This document shows positions 27,496 to 41,209 of a stretch of 64,000 nucleotides of DNA, piece by piece (the first letter of the stretch is position 1; every line of letters starts with the position of its first letter). The position numbers and the translations under genes are program-made. The notes beneath the pieces are model-generated. The model was not told the DNA's origin and did no database searches. It worked only from the letters and a program-made list of their open reading frames with translations. This DNA is from Octopus vulgaris (lineage: Eukaryota), in assembly GCA_951406725.2 (NCBI GenBank), contig OX597819.1, positions 109,554,001 to 109,618,000 on the forward strand. Direction: 5' to 3'.

Positions 27496-28193
27496 AAGAT
27501 ATATATAAATATATATATGTATGTATGTATATATATGCATACAGCCAATATATTTAATGACACAAATTAGATAAAAGTTCAGACGATATTATTTTCCCTC
27601 TTCTGATCAGACTGGGAAATCCGCTCTTTCACTTGTTACAGAAGGGACACTTTCCACTGGACAGGCGTTCTATCCGCTGTCAGCGCTTCTGGAAAGAGGA
27701 GTCGGTCTGTCATGGTTGTTGATGTTCAGACGCACAAAGATTTCTGGAAGTTGAGCAGATGTGACTTCCGTTTGTTACGAACGTTTTTCCTCAGCAGGTT
27801 TCCTTCACAGAGCTACAATGCAATATCAAGAAAGGATGGAGGTCGGTCGCTTGGCATCTAAAATATCGTCAAGCACATATTGCCGTCTTTTTGGTTATTG
27901 GGTTATGCGGTTGATGGGAGCTTCACTTTACCAGTATAAAGGACTAAATATGGGTAAGAGCGACTACTACATCATCGGGAAACTCTAAGTTTTTAGATTC
28001 GAAATAGATTTTGGCCTCTATTCATAGGAGGACGAGGAACGGTGTAGAAACATTCTCACATGGTTGACTGTATATAGATATAACCTGTCTGTTTATCTAT
28101 TTATCTACTTGCTTACTGAAGCATCTATCTCTGTATATGTATATGTACATATATACATATACCTACATATATAACTATATGTATATATGTGTA

Positions 28194-28263
<70 letters not shown>

Positions 28264-28890
28264 GTGTACATAAATACTTTCATCATACATACACGCACAC
28301 ACATTTTAATGAATATACATACAAATACACGTGGTGATATATATATATATATACAAATGCATAATTACACATACACACACGCATACATACGCATTAACAT
28401 GAGTTTCCTATTCAAAACCAAGTTGTTCTCTTTTTTTACGCTGCACCATTTCTATAATCACTGAATCACTATTTTCGTAGTTTCACCCGATATTTATGTG
28501 ATCGCGCTCAACAGCTACATCCCTTGCATAGCGTAAAAACTGAATAGTTTCGCTGTTGCTGTTGACAGGAACACAATCTTGCATAGAAAAGAAATTGTAG
28601 AATAAAAGGGTTCGAACATAAGCCCTCTTTTATATTGCAGCGTCCAATGCAACACAAGAGGAAGTGTAACAACTCGACCGGTAAAGCAGATATATATATA
28701 TATATATATAGCTTTCGGAATTAATATATAAATATTATTGTATAACAGTAACTAAAAATATTCTACGTCATATATTGGCGTTATTCTCTCTCTCTCTGTC
28801 TCTCCCCCTCATATTATATATATATATGTAATATATTATATGTATAATATAAATATATAATATATTATATGTATAATATAAATATATAGT

Positions 28891-29120
28891 AGAGGTGCAA
28901 TGGCCTAGTGGTTAGGGCAGCGGACTCGCGGTCGCAGGATCGCGGTTTCGATTCTCAGACCGGGTGTTGTGTGTGTTTATTGAGCGAAAACACCTAAAAG
29001 CTCTACGAGGCTCCGGCAGGGGGTGGTGATCCCTGCTGTACTCTTTCACCACAATGGCGGTGCCCCAGCATGGCCACAGCTCAAGAGCTGAAACTGGAAA
29101 AACAAAAACAAAACAAAAAC
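28891..29120 (+). mobile_element. SINE group C head joined to a group A-type tail
   Basis: tggcctagtggttagggcag head; tail ggcggtgccccagcatggccacagctcaagagctgaaac. Confidence 0.88.
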
Positions 29121-29407
29121 AATATAATATATTATATGTATAATATATATATAATAATATGTATATAATATATTATAAACTTATATAAATAAGGATTAGA
29201 TCGATATTTAAATACCGATCTTATCAGGTGGCCAGGATGGGAATAAAAATATCTCTTAGATACCCTAAATTATAATAATATTATATATTATATGTATAAT
29301 ATATATTTACCTGTGTATATGAACATACGTTCTATATATAAACGTATACATGTTTAACTATATATATATATAGTGTATATATATTGTGTATATATATATT
29401 GTGTGTG

Positions 29408-29492
<85 letters not shown>

Positions 29493-30271
29493 TATATACA
29501 TATATATATACATTTAAATATATATATATACATCCATAAATATATATATACACATTTAAATATATATATATATATATACATATATGTATGTATGTATATA
29601 TATGTATGAGCATATATGTATATGTAGATGCATGCATGTATGTATGTATGTATGTATGTATGTATGTATGTATGTATGTATGTATGTATGTATGTATGTA
29701 TGCATGCATATATATACATAGACCACAGCCTCTGGCTGAAACTAATAGAAGTATGTGTCCATGTACACACACACAAGCACGCATACACACATACACAAAC
29801 ACACATTAAAAATTTACAACAGTTCCAATAGTGAAAAATGTTTTAAATATTCTAAAATAACCCCAAACAGTCCGAAATAGACTAATAAATCTAAAAGTTA
29901 TGTTGTCGTATAGTTAAATATTTTTAATATATCAACGCAGATGTAAATAAATAAACAAATTTAAAACAGAACTATCGATTACTCTTTTTCAATCATTTTA
30001 TGAAAATTCTATTTTATGGTAGTCACTGTATCATTAATTCTCCATTACTCTTTCTCTTTCTGTTGCTCTCTCTCTTTCCCTCTCTCTTTCTCTGTTTACC
30101 ATCCACATCATCCCATATATATATATATGCAGGCATGCATGCATGTGTGTATGTATGTATGTATGTATGTATGTATGTATGTATGTATGTGTGTATGTAT
30201 GTATGTATATATCTGTCTGTCTGCCTGTCTCTATATAATATATGTGTGTATGTGTGCGTGTGTATGTGTGA

Positions 30272-30313
<42 letters not shown>

Positions 30314-30462
30314 ATGCATGTGTTCGTGCATGGCCGCAGTCAAATGTCTGAAACAAGTAAAAGAATATATATTTATATATACATACACACACACACACAT
30401 ATATATATACACATATACATATATATACATGCATATATATATATATGCATATATACATATAT

Positions 30463-30507
<45 letters not shown>

Positions 30508-30611
30508 CATACATATATATATATATACATATATTATACACACACACACATACATGCTTGATTGCCAAATCCACAAGTTATTTTATACTCTCTGTTTATT
30601 TTCGCTTATTC

Positions 30612-30647
30612 CTTTCTGTTGAAGAGCGCAGGCTCGAAATGTAAAAG
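30612..30647 (+). ncRNA. Minimal hammerhead-like motif (CUGUUGA core variant)
   Basis: CUUU CUGUUGA A GAGC GCAG GCUC GAAAU GUA AAAG; flank gactttctcactt.cccgagcgt.aaactaataca shared with the 9880-9960 copy. Confidence 0.55.
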
Positions 30648-30796
30648 ACTTTCTCACTTACCCGAGCGTCAAACTAATACACCTCCTTGTTGTTCATACA
30701 CCTGTCTTCGTCTATACCAAGATGGTTCTCCTACGATTCTTTCAAGTGCTTTTGGCGCAAGTGTCACACGCACAACACACACAGAGACATGCACGC

Positions 30797-30842
<46 letters not shown>

Positions 30843-31599
30843 ACACACACACACACAACACACACACAATCGCAAACATACAGACCCAGACAAAAAGATG
30901 CACACACACACACACACACTCCCTTTTACTTGTTTCATATATGGAATGCGGCAATGCTGGCGCAATGTCGTCAAGGATTTTAATAGATCATAAAGATTCT
31001 AGCCCTCCTTTTGCAGTCACGTACTTGTTCCATCCTTCCTGTATGTTGGGAGGCCAAGATCGCTTGGCAATCCCAGTGACATGATACTCGGGTCACAAGA
31101 GAAAAGATTCTCTTTAAACACAAACGATATCCTCTGCACGATTTAGAGAGAGTTTCTCTTAATCATTCGTCAACAAACTATAATCTTTCGTACATGGTTT
31201 TGAACGACGCACATATACCGACATACATATGCGCACAAACATACAGATACACACTCGGACATACACACACAAATACCCGCAGAAACACACACACACACAG
31301 ATAGATAGACCGAGCGATAAAATGAAATGAACTGAGAAGAAAAGTTGTTTCGGCAATACACCGTGTAGCATGAACGTATTCATTAATTTAACCACGAACT
31401 TTGAATTCCTAGTAAACCATAATTTTCTAGAAGTATATTTGCCACCTAGATGTGACTGACCCATATGGGACGATGCTACTGTAGTTTATAGCTCCAGGAA
31501 CACATCTCCTCCAGCTAGCTAACGACACACTGTCTGTGCCCGATCAGTATTTGCGAAGATAAATCATCGTTCCCATCTCTAGTCTTACGTGATACTTAC

Positions 31600-32100
31600 A
31601 TTTAAATACAACAAACGTTTCAAAACCAATGCTATTAATATATCCCATCTGGATAATATTGCTCCCTAAATCTTACAATACAAAACTAAGGTATACATAC
31701 TGCAAGCCTAAATTATAACTGCAGAAACTTCTCACCTGTTCGCTTAGATGAACATGCTTCCCTCACAGCGCTAATATATTGAGCAACCGTAATATTCATC
31801 GGGAGTATGGAGAGGTGTTACACGGATCTGAATGAAAACTCCTTTAAAACGCGATATAACATTCATTTACATTTATTCAGATTGAAGGACATGAAAAGTC
31901 AACATAAATGTCATAATTATTTGAAATTGCGCAATAATATAGAGCATTTTCTATAGGGTTATCCTATATAGCAACAGTGCATAAAACAGTAAGTTATGCT
32001 TGCTTGAAACATTTCAGATTTTGCAACAGCCAACACTATTGCTGAATATATTGAGCTAGTATTTATCTGCCGCCAATGCAAACCATTCTTTTCGGATAAC
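31600..32100 (+). mobile_element. Penelope-like GIY-YIG remnant
   Basis: NCRN..ALIY*ATV..CYTDLNENSFKTRYNIH..LCLLE (cf. CNCR..CPL..IYxAxV..YIGLTExxFKxRY). Confidence 0.65.
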
Positions 32101-32253
32101 TTCCATCCATTCAAAGTATTCATTCACGGAATCAACATAAGCACCAGCGTCAACGTGTCAGAATCATTGCAGGGTATCTACCCGTATCATACGTGCACAT
32201 CTACCCGTATCATATGCACAAACAATCTGAGCGGTCTCATCGTAGTAAATTAA

Positions 32254-32374
32254 CCATCATCATCATCATCATCATCATCATCATGATGATCATCATCATC
32301 ATGATCATCATCATCATCATGATCATCATCATCATGATCATCATCATCATGATCATCATAATCATGATCATCAT

Positions 32375-32423
<49 letters not shown>
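32254..32423. repeat. (ATC)n microsatellite with periodic ATG interruptions
   Basis: Direct reading. Confidence 0.95.
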
Positions 32424-32424
<1 letters not shown>

Positions 32425-32858
32425 CCGACGTCGTGTATATAGGTAAGTATATTTATGTATATGTTCATGCACGCACACGAGTGCAGTGCACACACATACA
32501 TATATGTAAGCAACAACATTAACAATACAGCGTGAGATACAACTTAAATAACAACACGAGCAACAACAACTGCCATTATCAGTACCCTAACAACATCTAT
32601 AACAACTTCACACAGTCGCTCGATTTGTTGGAAATCCCATCCTATTATTTTAAATAACGAAGGGCACATTTTTCAATGTAGTCCCTGTTAAACAAACAGT
32701 GAGGTCATGGATGGAATACATATTATCATAGATCTGCTCAATTAGGTTGATCTAGGGCTAAGCAATAATAACGACTGTTGTCATAGCAGCAACTACAATG
32801 GCTGCAATAATAGCAACAGAAATATTTGCAACGCAAACATTAGCAACAACAGCAGTAT

Positions 32859-33407
32859 GGAGGCGCAATGGCCCAGTGGTTAGGGCAGCGGGCTCGCGGT
32901 CGTAAGAACGTGGTTTCGATTCCCAGACCGGGCATTGTGAGCATTGTTTATTGAGCAAAAACACCTAAGCTCCGGCGGGTGGTGGTGGTGGAGGTGAACC
33001 CCGCTGTACTCTTTCACCACAGCTTTTTCTCACTCTTTCTTCCTACTTCTGCCACAAAGCAGAGGAACCATGGTGTAACCCTCTATGGTATGGTCAACTT
33101 TCAGACCCTAGTCTAGATTGCGAATCCTCTGTACCCCAGGATGGTTCAGCTCTCCACCCGTTAAAAGCCACCGTTTACAGAATGAGGATAACAACATAGC
33201 TTTCGCGCCCATGCAACCGCCAGTCTATCGCGTGTGGCGCGTGGATCTTAAAGTTGCCACACGCATTCTTAGTAGCTTAGAGTAGGCTCGAATTAGAGAT
33301 TATTCTTTGTGGCTAATGGCGTGAGTCTTGATTGGAAGAAGAAGAAGAAGAAGAAGAAGAAGAAGAAGAAGAAGAAGAAGAAGAAGAAGAAGAAGAAGAA
33401 GAAGAAG
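32859..33407 (+). mobile_element. Composite SINE: group C head, unique body, (GAA)n tail
   Basis: Flanked by acaacagca(g/t)ta starting at 32846 and 33408. Confidence 0.8.
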
Positions 33408-33409
33408 AC

Positions 33410-34320
33410 AACAGCATTAGAAGCAGCCAACAACAATAATAGCAACAACAACAATTCTACTGCTCCTACCCCAAGGAATAAATAAGCAAGAAATAATAAA
33501 TATATTCACAAGAATAATAATAGAACCAGCAACAGATACAACTAGTTCAAAAACAATGGTCGAGGTAGCATTAGAAACATTTGCTGCAATAGCAACAACA
33601 AAAGATTTAACAAATACAAGAATAGCAACACCAATAGTAGGTACAATATAAACGACAACAATAGCAATAACAACAGCAATGACAAATATCAAAATAACAT
33701 CAACAGGTACAATATAAGCAAGAGACATTAGCAACAATAGCAATAAAAAAACGCAAGAACAAAATAGCAATAGTTAGTACAATATCAACGATGACAATAG
33801 CTGTAAGATATATAACAATCGCAACAGAAGACAAAATGTGAGGGGCAACAATAGCAACAACGACAAGCATATAACCGTTTCACTAGCGACAATAACAACG
33901 TTAGATGTCATAACTGAAAAAATTTGCAATGATAACAATAACAACATTAAATGCTATAATAGCGATAAAATTAGCAATGATAATAATAACAACTTCGGCA
34001 TTAGCAACAACCGCGACAGTAGCAACAGTTCTGACAATAGCAGCAGCAATAACAACAATAGAGATGTTAGCTACAATAGCTACATCAATAGCAACAACAA
34101 CAATAGAAACCACATCTGCAACAGTAAAAACATTAACGATATTAACTGCAACAACTACACAAACAATAGCAAACGTAATATCGACTAAAGCAACAACAGC
34201 GATAGCAACATTAGCATTCATAGTAATAGGATTACAACAGTAGCACCCATAACACTAGCAGACCAAACAATAACAGGGGCTACAATAGTAACTACAACAA
34301 TTGAAAGAAGCAAACACAAA
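33410..34320. repeat. Decayed AAC/AGC/AAT trinucleotide low-complexity tract
   Basis: A-rich three-base periodicity; the ORFs here are compositional. Confidence 0.85.
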
Positions 34321-34742
34321 ACATTGTATGAAACGACCGATTTGCCAAGAGCCAATGAGGGATCATCTACGTAGTTCTTCAATCTGCTAGAAATAACAGC
34401 TAAATCTGTCACAGACGCAATTTGATTGTTTTTACGAAAGAACACATTGACCAATGGTGTTCTGGGGTCCCCATTCGTAGGAAAAATATGGGTTGGTCGT
34501 AACTTGCTCGTCCAGCTGTGACCTGGGGTTTAAAGATTCAAACTGACATGAACACCAAGTGAAAAATGAAAATAAGTAGGACAGGTAGAAAGATAGATAG
34601 AAAAACGGGTAAAGAGAAGGAGTGATATAGAGACAAATGCACACACAAACACACACGTACGCATACATTGCCATACATACATATACATACGTGCATGTGT
34701 GTTATTGTGTCTGCATGCATATACATACATACATACATACAT

Positions 34743-34848
<106 letters not shown>

Positions 34849-34919
34849 CAGAAATATTAGATTTCTAAATATCTCATAGAGATATGTACGGTGGTGGGGA
34901 GCTAGCAGGCTTATGCTAC

Positions 34920-34965
34920 TCTAGACCGATGATGGCAAAGACCCTGAAACATGCGTGTCTCTAGA
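34920..34965 (+). ncRNA. Type I minimal hammerhead-like motif
   Basis: UCUAGA CCGAUGA UGGCAAAGACCCU GAAAC AUGCGU GUC UCUAGA: 6-bp stem I, GUC triplet, U4C change. Confidence 0.65.
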
Positions 34966-35298
34966 TGCAGGCCTAGCTGTTGGGGGTATTTGTCTCACCT
35001 TCGTAAATATATAAGGACACAGTAAGTGTGTCGAAGCCGACAGGAAGCGTCGATGCTTCCTAGGGCTAAACAGCGGTGGTGTAATCCCCTACTGTCACGT
35101 TAAGTTGACAGTATACAACTATTATATATATATATACATATATATATATGTATGTATATATATGCATACACCTACATAAATATATTTATATAGGTATACG
35201 CATAACGCTCATAGATATACATACAAAGACACACATATATGTATAGAGAGATCAAAAGAAAGAAGAAGAAAGAGAGAGCCAGAGAGAGAGAGGGAGAA

Positions 35299-35330
<32 letters not shown>

Positions 35331-35433
35331 AGAGAGAGAAAGAGATAGAGAGAGAGGGAGGGAGAGAGATAGAAAGAGAGAGAGATAGAGAGAGAGGGAG
35401 AGAGATAGAGAGAGAGAGAGAGAGTAAGAGAGG

Positions 35434-35484
<51 letters not shown>

Positions 35485-35875
35485 TGGAAGAAAGCGAAAC
35501 GAAGTTTAAAACGGAAGTAGGCATCTGAGAAGGTGAGATATTTCTACCGAAATTCGTTTCCTCTTTTCGAAAGTAAAATTAATCATTAATCACTGATTGT
35601 GGCGCCACATTGTCAGAATTATATTCAATATTCGACGAACCAACATACGCTAAGGAAGATTCTCGAAGTTCGAAATAAATGAGTAAAAAACGAGTAAGAA
35701 TAACAAAAAATCAAAAAAAAATCTTTGAAAATCCCACCGAAAAAAAAAAGTAAATATATATGTGAAAATTGGAGAATGAGAAGCAAAAATAAGAATCTTC
35801 ATTCTAGAAAAAAGCCTTTCGTTTAGACTATGCATATATTTATGTGTATGTGTGTGTGTATACCTAATATGACTG

Positions 35876-35960
<85 letters not shown>

Positions 35961-36176
35961 CATATACATGCATCATATATATATGTATATATACAAATAT
36001 ATATATATATACATACATACATATATATATATATAAATATACATATATGTATTTATATACTTGTAGATATATGTATATATGCATGTGTATAAGTATGGTT
36101 ATACGCACACATACACTCACACATACACACGCACACACACATGTATATTGATACATAAATACATGCATGTATACAA

Positions 36177-36207
<31 letters not shown>

Positions 36208-36332
36208 AATGCATAAATATATTTATATTTATATATGTATATATATATATGCATAAACATATATTATTTATATGTATATATATATATATATATACATATA
36301 TACATATACACATACATACATACATACATACA

Positions 36333-36430
<98 letters not shown>

Positions 36431-36856
36431 TACATATATACACACTCGCACGAGAGAACCTATTAGAATACATAAATTAAAAAAATATATATATACTAAT
36501 AGAATTTACCACGAACTAACCTTCTCGAGGATGCGTCAGCCATCATGGCTCTTGCATATTCGGTATTTTTCTCTTTCTCTTTCCAGTTAGCTGCAAATAA
36601 ACATATTGTGAAACTATAAAGTAATAAAAACTGTTACATAGAAAATGAACAATAATAGCAACAACAGCAAAGAAAACGAAATAATTTATAACCTTAACAA
36701 ATAAAATGGTGGCATAATGAAAAAATAAATATGGCTGCGGTATTTGGGGACTAAAATGACAGTTTTTTTATGTTGTTAGGTCGATGGCAGCTTTCTTCCT
36801 CTCACTCTCTCTGTGTTTCTCTCTCGCTCTCTCATTCATACAGATACGCACGCACG

Positions 36857-36920
<64 letters not shown>

Positions 36921-36998
36921 CACTCGCACAGAAATACACACATATGTGTTGTATGGGTTGGATGTTGGGTTGTTTGTGTATAAAGTATGTTATACACA

Positions 36999-37111
<113 letters not shown>

Positions 37112-37366
37112 GACTGTCTTTCTGCCTATTTATTTTTTTATATGTATACACAAGCGCTTGCATAAACGTGTATATGTATATTATATAACTACACAGAATT
37201 TAAGTATATCATAGATAGTTAGATGCATACACATGCACACAGACGTACAGACGCAAATACACACATACACACGTACACACACAGACATATATACGCGCAC
37301 ATACACATGACAGCGGAATGTAGCTGCAAATTTAGTTAAACACTTTATCAAAACACCAGAGATTGC

Positions 37367-37680
37367 ATAATCATCATCATTGTTCGACCGTGGTCGAGAC
37401 AATGGAATTTACCATGTTGCGCCAGACTTCACGGTCCATCATAGCATTACGGAGGTCCTGTTGCTGGATGCCTGTATCCCTGGAGATTACATCAGGGTAG
37501 GAGAGTGTGCGCCCTCTGGTGTTGCGAGTAGATGGCTTCCAGAGGAGAAGAGTAGAAATTACTTCTTTTTCAGCTCTACAACAATGTCCAGCAAACTGGA
37601 CTCTCCTACCCTTCACAAGAGATGACACAGGTGGTAATTTCCCATATATTTGCATTTTAGCGTATACAATATGTTGCTGG
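37367..37680 (-). mobile_element. RTE-like LINE 3' end, 5'-truncated, (TGA)n tail
   Basis: Open frame 37377-37655 QIYGKLPPVSSLVKGRRVQFAGHCCR..LLWKP..AMMDREVWR, then tgatgatgat. Confidence 0.85.
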
Positions 37681-37973
37681 TGATCGTTACATAGACGATC
37701 GTATAATCATCATGTAACGTCAGATCTTCAGAATAATAGTAATTTAATCCATTTTTATTTACCAGCTTCAGTAGATAGGCAGTGCTAAATAAGAATAGCA
37801 TTCTGTTTTTATTTTTTCCCTTGAACTACTGTATGTATGTATGTATGTATGTATGTATGTATGTATGTGTGTATGTATGTATGTATGTATGTATGTATGT
37901 ATGCATGTATGTATGTATGTATGTATGTATGCATGTATGTATGAATGTATGTATGTATCTATATCTATATCTA

Positions 37974-38133
<160 letters not shown>

Positions 38134-38159
38134 TATACATATATATATATATATATGGC

Positions 38160-38955
38160 TATCCGTTGGAGCTCGACGTTGGCTTTCTATTCAGAAATTA
38201 TCGCTGCTAGGCTTGCATTTGGGCTACAAAGCCTGTTGTTGATCTGCTGCAGGTTAAGTTACTTGACGCCTCCCATGTGCTCTTTCGGATTCTTTCTACT
38301 GTTTCTCCTTAATGGCTGGAATTATGAGCTTCCGTGATCATCATGCCAAGGATATTTCACCTTCCAGGGGTCTAGGGAAATGCTGGAGTTTTTCATATGT
38401 CTCTTCAGCACATCTTTGTAACGCAACATCCGATCACCACGGTTCCTCCTGCTCTGACGCAGTTCAGTATAGAAAACTGCCTTTGGAAGCGGGCTGCCCT
38501 CCATCCTACAAAGATGTCCTGCCCAGTACAGCTGTGATGAGGTAATGAGGGCCTTCACACTGCTGAGGAGCTTGTAGCAGAGGGACATCCATTCAGTGAC
38601 GCAGAGGAAGCAAGGGAGCATTGCGGCACTTGATCTTCGTGTTGTAGGCGATGCCGTGGCAGCTCTAAAAACGCTTCTTGAGAGAGCCAAAACCTTTGTA
38701 ACAGATTGTATTCACCGCTCAACTCCGATCTCAGACGAGTGAATACAAATCACCGTGCTGTCGAGCTAGGTAAATGCTTAGGTGTACTTCAGAGTCTTTC
38801 CGTGTACAGTCACTATTCAGGCTCTCTCTCGCTCTATAAGGACATTTTGGTGGAACTGGCAGAGCAGCTCAGTCTTCAAAGTGTTGATCTTGAGACCAAA
38901 CATGTCTGCTGCACAAGAAAACCGGTCCGTAATGTGTTGTGTTTCCTCAAAGCTC
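38160..38955 (-). mobile_element. RTE (BovB-like) LINE RT C-terminal fragment
   Basis: [57 protein letters not shown]; frameshifted. Confidence 0.88.
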
Positions 38956-38990
38956 TTGGTATATGTATATGCATCTGTGTATATATATGC

Positions 38991-39059
<69 letters not shown>

Positions 39060-39081
39060 CATATATATATAAATACATACA

Positions 39082-39170
<89 letters not shown>

Positions 39171-39180
39171 ATATTATGTA

Positions 39181-39802
39181 CGAGGGAAAGTCAAAAATTA
39201 TCCGCACTTTGACCATAACATATCTTTATTATTGTCACACTGCCTTCTGCGCATGCGTGCTTATAGTTGGTAATATTGTGGTCACGTAATCGAAGATTGA
39301 GCCTGATCGCGCCATTTTTCTTTCTGGCTTTACAGTGTAAGCATGGCCGCTCCCTTAGCAATGTGCACCAAAGAAGAACAAAGCGCAGTGATCCGAGAGA
39401 TGGGAATGGTAAACCGGTTCACCATTACCATCTTTCGGGCTTTCTGAATCTTCTTGTCAGTGGTAGAGGTTGATCGGCGTCCTGCTCCCTCTTCGAGCAT
39501 CACGCTTGTCTGGCCACTTTTATACTTCTCGATCCACTCATACATACTTCTACGCGGTAGTGTACTTTCCCTGTACTGTGCTAAATGCTTCCGATGAATT
39601 TTAGCACCTGACACACATTCCGACCAGAAAATCTGATCACTGTTCTTTGTTCTTCTTTGATGCATATTGTTAATTGATCAAAAGGAAAAATGGAGCGATC
39701 AGGCTCAAACGTGACCAAATACAAGCACGCATGCGCAGATGGTAGTGTGACAATAATAAAGATGTTATGACGAACGTGCAGATAATTTTTAACTTCCCCT
39801 CG
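39181..39802 (-). mobile_element. Non-autonomous mariner derivative, TA TSD, long inverted arms
   Basis: ta|cgaggg..cccctcg|ta ends; transposase N-terminus CIKEEQRTVIRF..IHRKHLAQYRESTLPRRSMYEWIEKYKSGQTSV..GAGR. Confidence 0.9.
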
Positions 39803-39804
39803 TA

Positions 39805-39935
39805 TTTCCCAACCACATGGTTCCGAGCTCTGTCCTATTGTGCGACACCTCGGGCAAGTGGCTTTTGCTATATCTTCGGGCTGACCAAAGACTTGTGAGT
39901 GGATTTGGTAGACAGAAAGAAGCTCGTCGTATATG

Positions 39936-39993
<58 letters not shown>

Positions 39994-40234
39994 ATCCAAA
40001 CATGAAAACACAACAACGCGAAGACGTGGAACAAGTATAGTGTTATTGGACGCTCAGGAAAGGAAGGAAAGAAGGAGGATTTAACGTTTCGAGCGGAGCT
40101 CTTCGTCAGAAACATAGGAAAAGGAAAGATCCAAGGAAGGGAAGACGGAGGGAAAAAAATCGCCAACGGTACACACGCGGTCACATTTTGAATGACCGGA
40201 AGGGAATGGGTGAAGAAAAAGTTATTTAAAGAAG

Positions 40235-40288
<54 letters not shown>

Positions 40289-40345
40289 TATGTGTGTGTG
40301 ACAACCGGTATTAGTGTGTTTACCGATAGAATAAGTACTAGACTT
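39805..40345 (+). mobile_element. SINE group A, 5'-truncated, with an insert in its (TA)n tract
   Basis: 5' part 39805-39930, 3' remnant 40300-40345, foreign segment about 39990-40220. Confidence 0.75.
40079..40113 (-). ncRNA. Minimal hammerhead motif with canonical core
   Basis: Minus strand: GUUU CUGACGA A GAGC UCC GCUC GAAAC GUU AAAU; palindromic AACGUU stem III. Confidence 0.7.
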
Positions 40346-41164
40346 AAAAAATATAATTTTCTATCATGAGCAGAAGATTTAATTTTTCATTTATATAAAT
40401 GCAATTACCTCATCTTAACATGGCTGTAATATCATGTACAAAACTGACACGTAAGCAAGAAACGCTGCAATTATCGATAAGACTTTAGTGCTGATGAATT
40501 AATGAATCTTTAAAAATCTATTTCCGTCTTTCAGTGTGTAACAAATACATTATCTAGGAAATGAAATATATTACACAGTCAGTAGTTGGAGATGTTCCAT
40601 AGATAACGATTGAAGTCTCTACAACCATTTTAAAATTCTACAAAACCTTGAAATAGATTATGCTTAAGGGACAAAGATCTCAGCTTCTGAGGCGATTAAA
40701 GTAAGTGAGTGTGCGTTCTATAATAAATTTAAACGATTTTATAATTGATATTGTTATCCTTTAGATATGAGATATATTTGTGTAGTAAAGTGGCAAGGCG
40801 TTTCCCGCAGTGTAAATATGTATAAATATATAACATATATATATATATATATAAATATGTTGCAAGAATTTTTTTTCTGCGAATGATAATGTTTGTGAGT
40901 TACGAGAGAAGGAAGAAGAAAGGGAGACCGAAGAAGAGAAAATGCTAAAAATGTACATTCACTTCTCGAATTTAAAATTCTAAGCCAATTCTTGACGACA
41001 CATCTCATTCAATAAACTATAAGTTCTAGTGACCGCATACTTTGGAATTCTATCTTTATTTACATCAATTGAAGGTGCATGCATATGGGTTTGTACACAC
41101 ACACACACTTACACATGGATAAATATATATACATATATATGCATATATATATACACATATACAC

Positions 41165-41209
<45 letters not shown>

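Noticed and set aside
27580-28060. Non-repetitive stretch that might be a decayed LTR gag fragment
   Set aside because: Only vague similarity and many stops; needs a translated search.
28477-28518. Hammerhead-like GUAG CUGUUGA stem GAAA CUAC on the minus strand
   Set aside because: Stem III and the cleavage triplet are missing; mentioned only as weak support.
32254-32423. Poly-Asp/His, poly-Met or poly-Ile ORFs
   Set aside because: (ATC)n microsatellite.
33417-34243. Thr/Ala/Ile-rich or Asn-rich ORFs resembling mucin or membrane proteins
   Set aside because: Decayed trinucleotide tract open in several frames on both strands.
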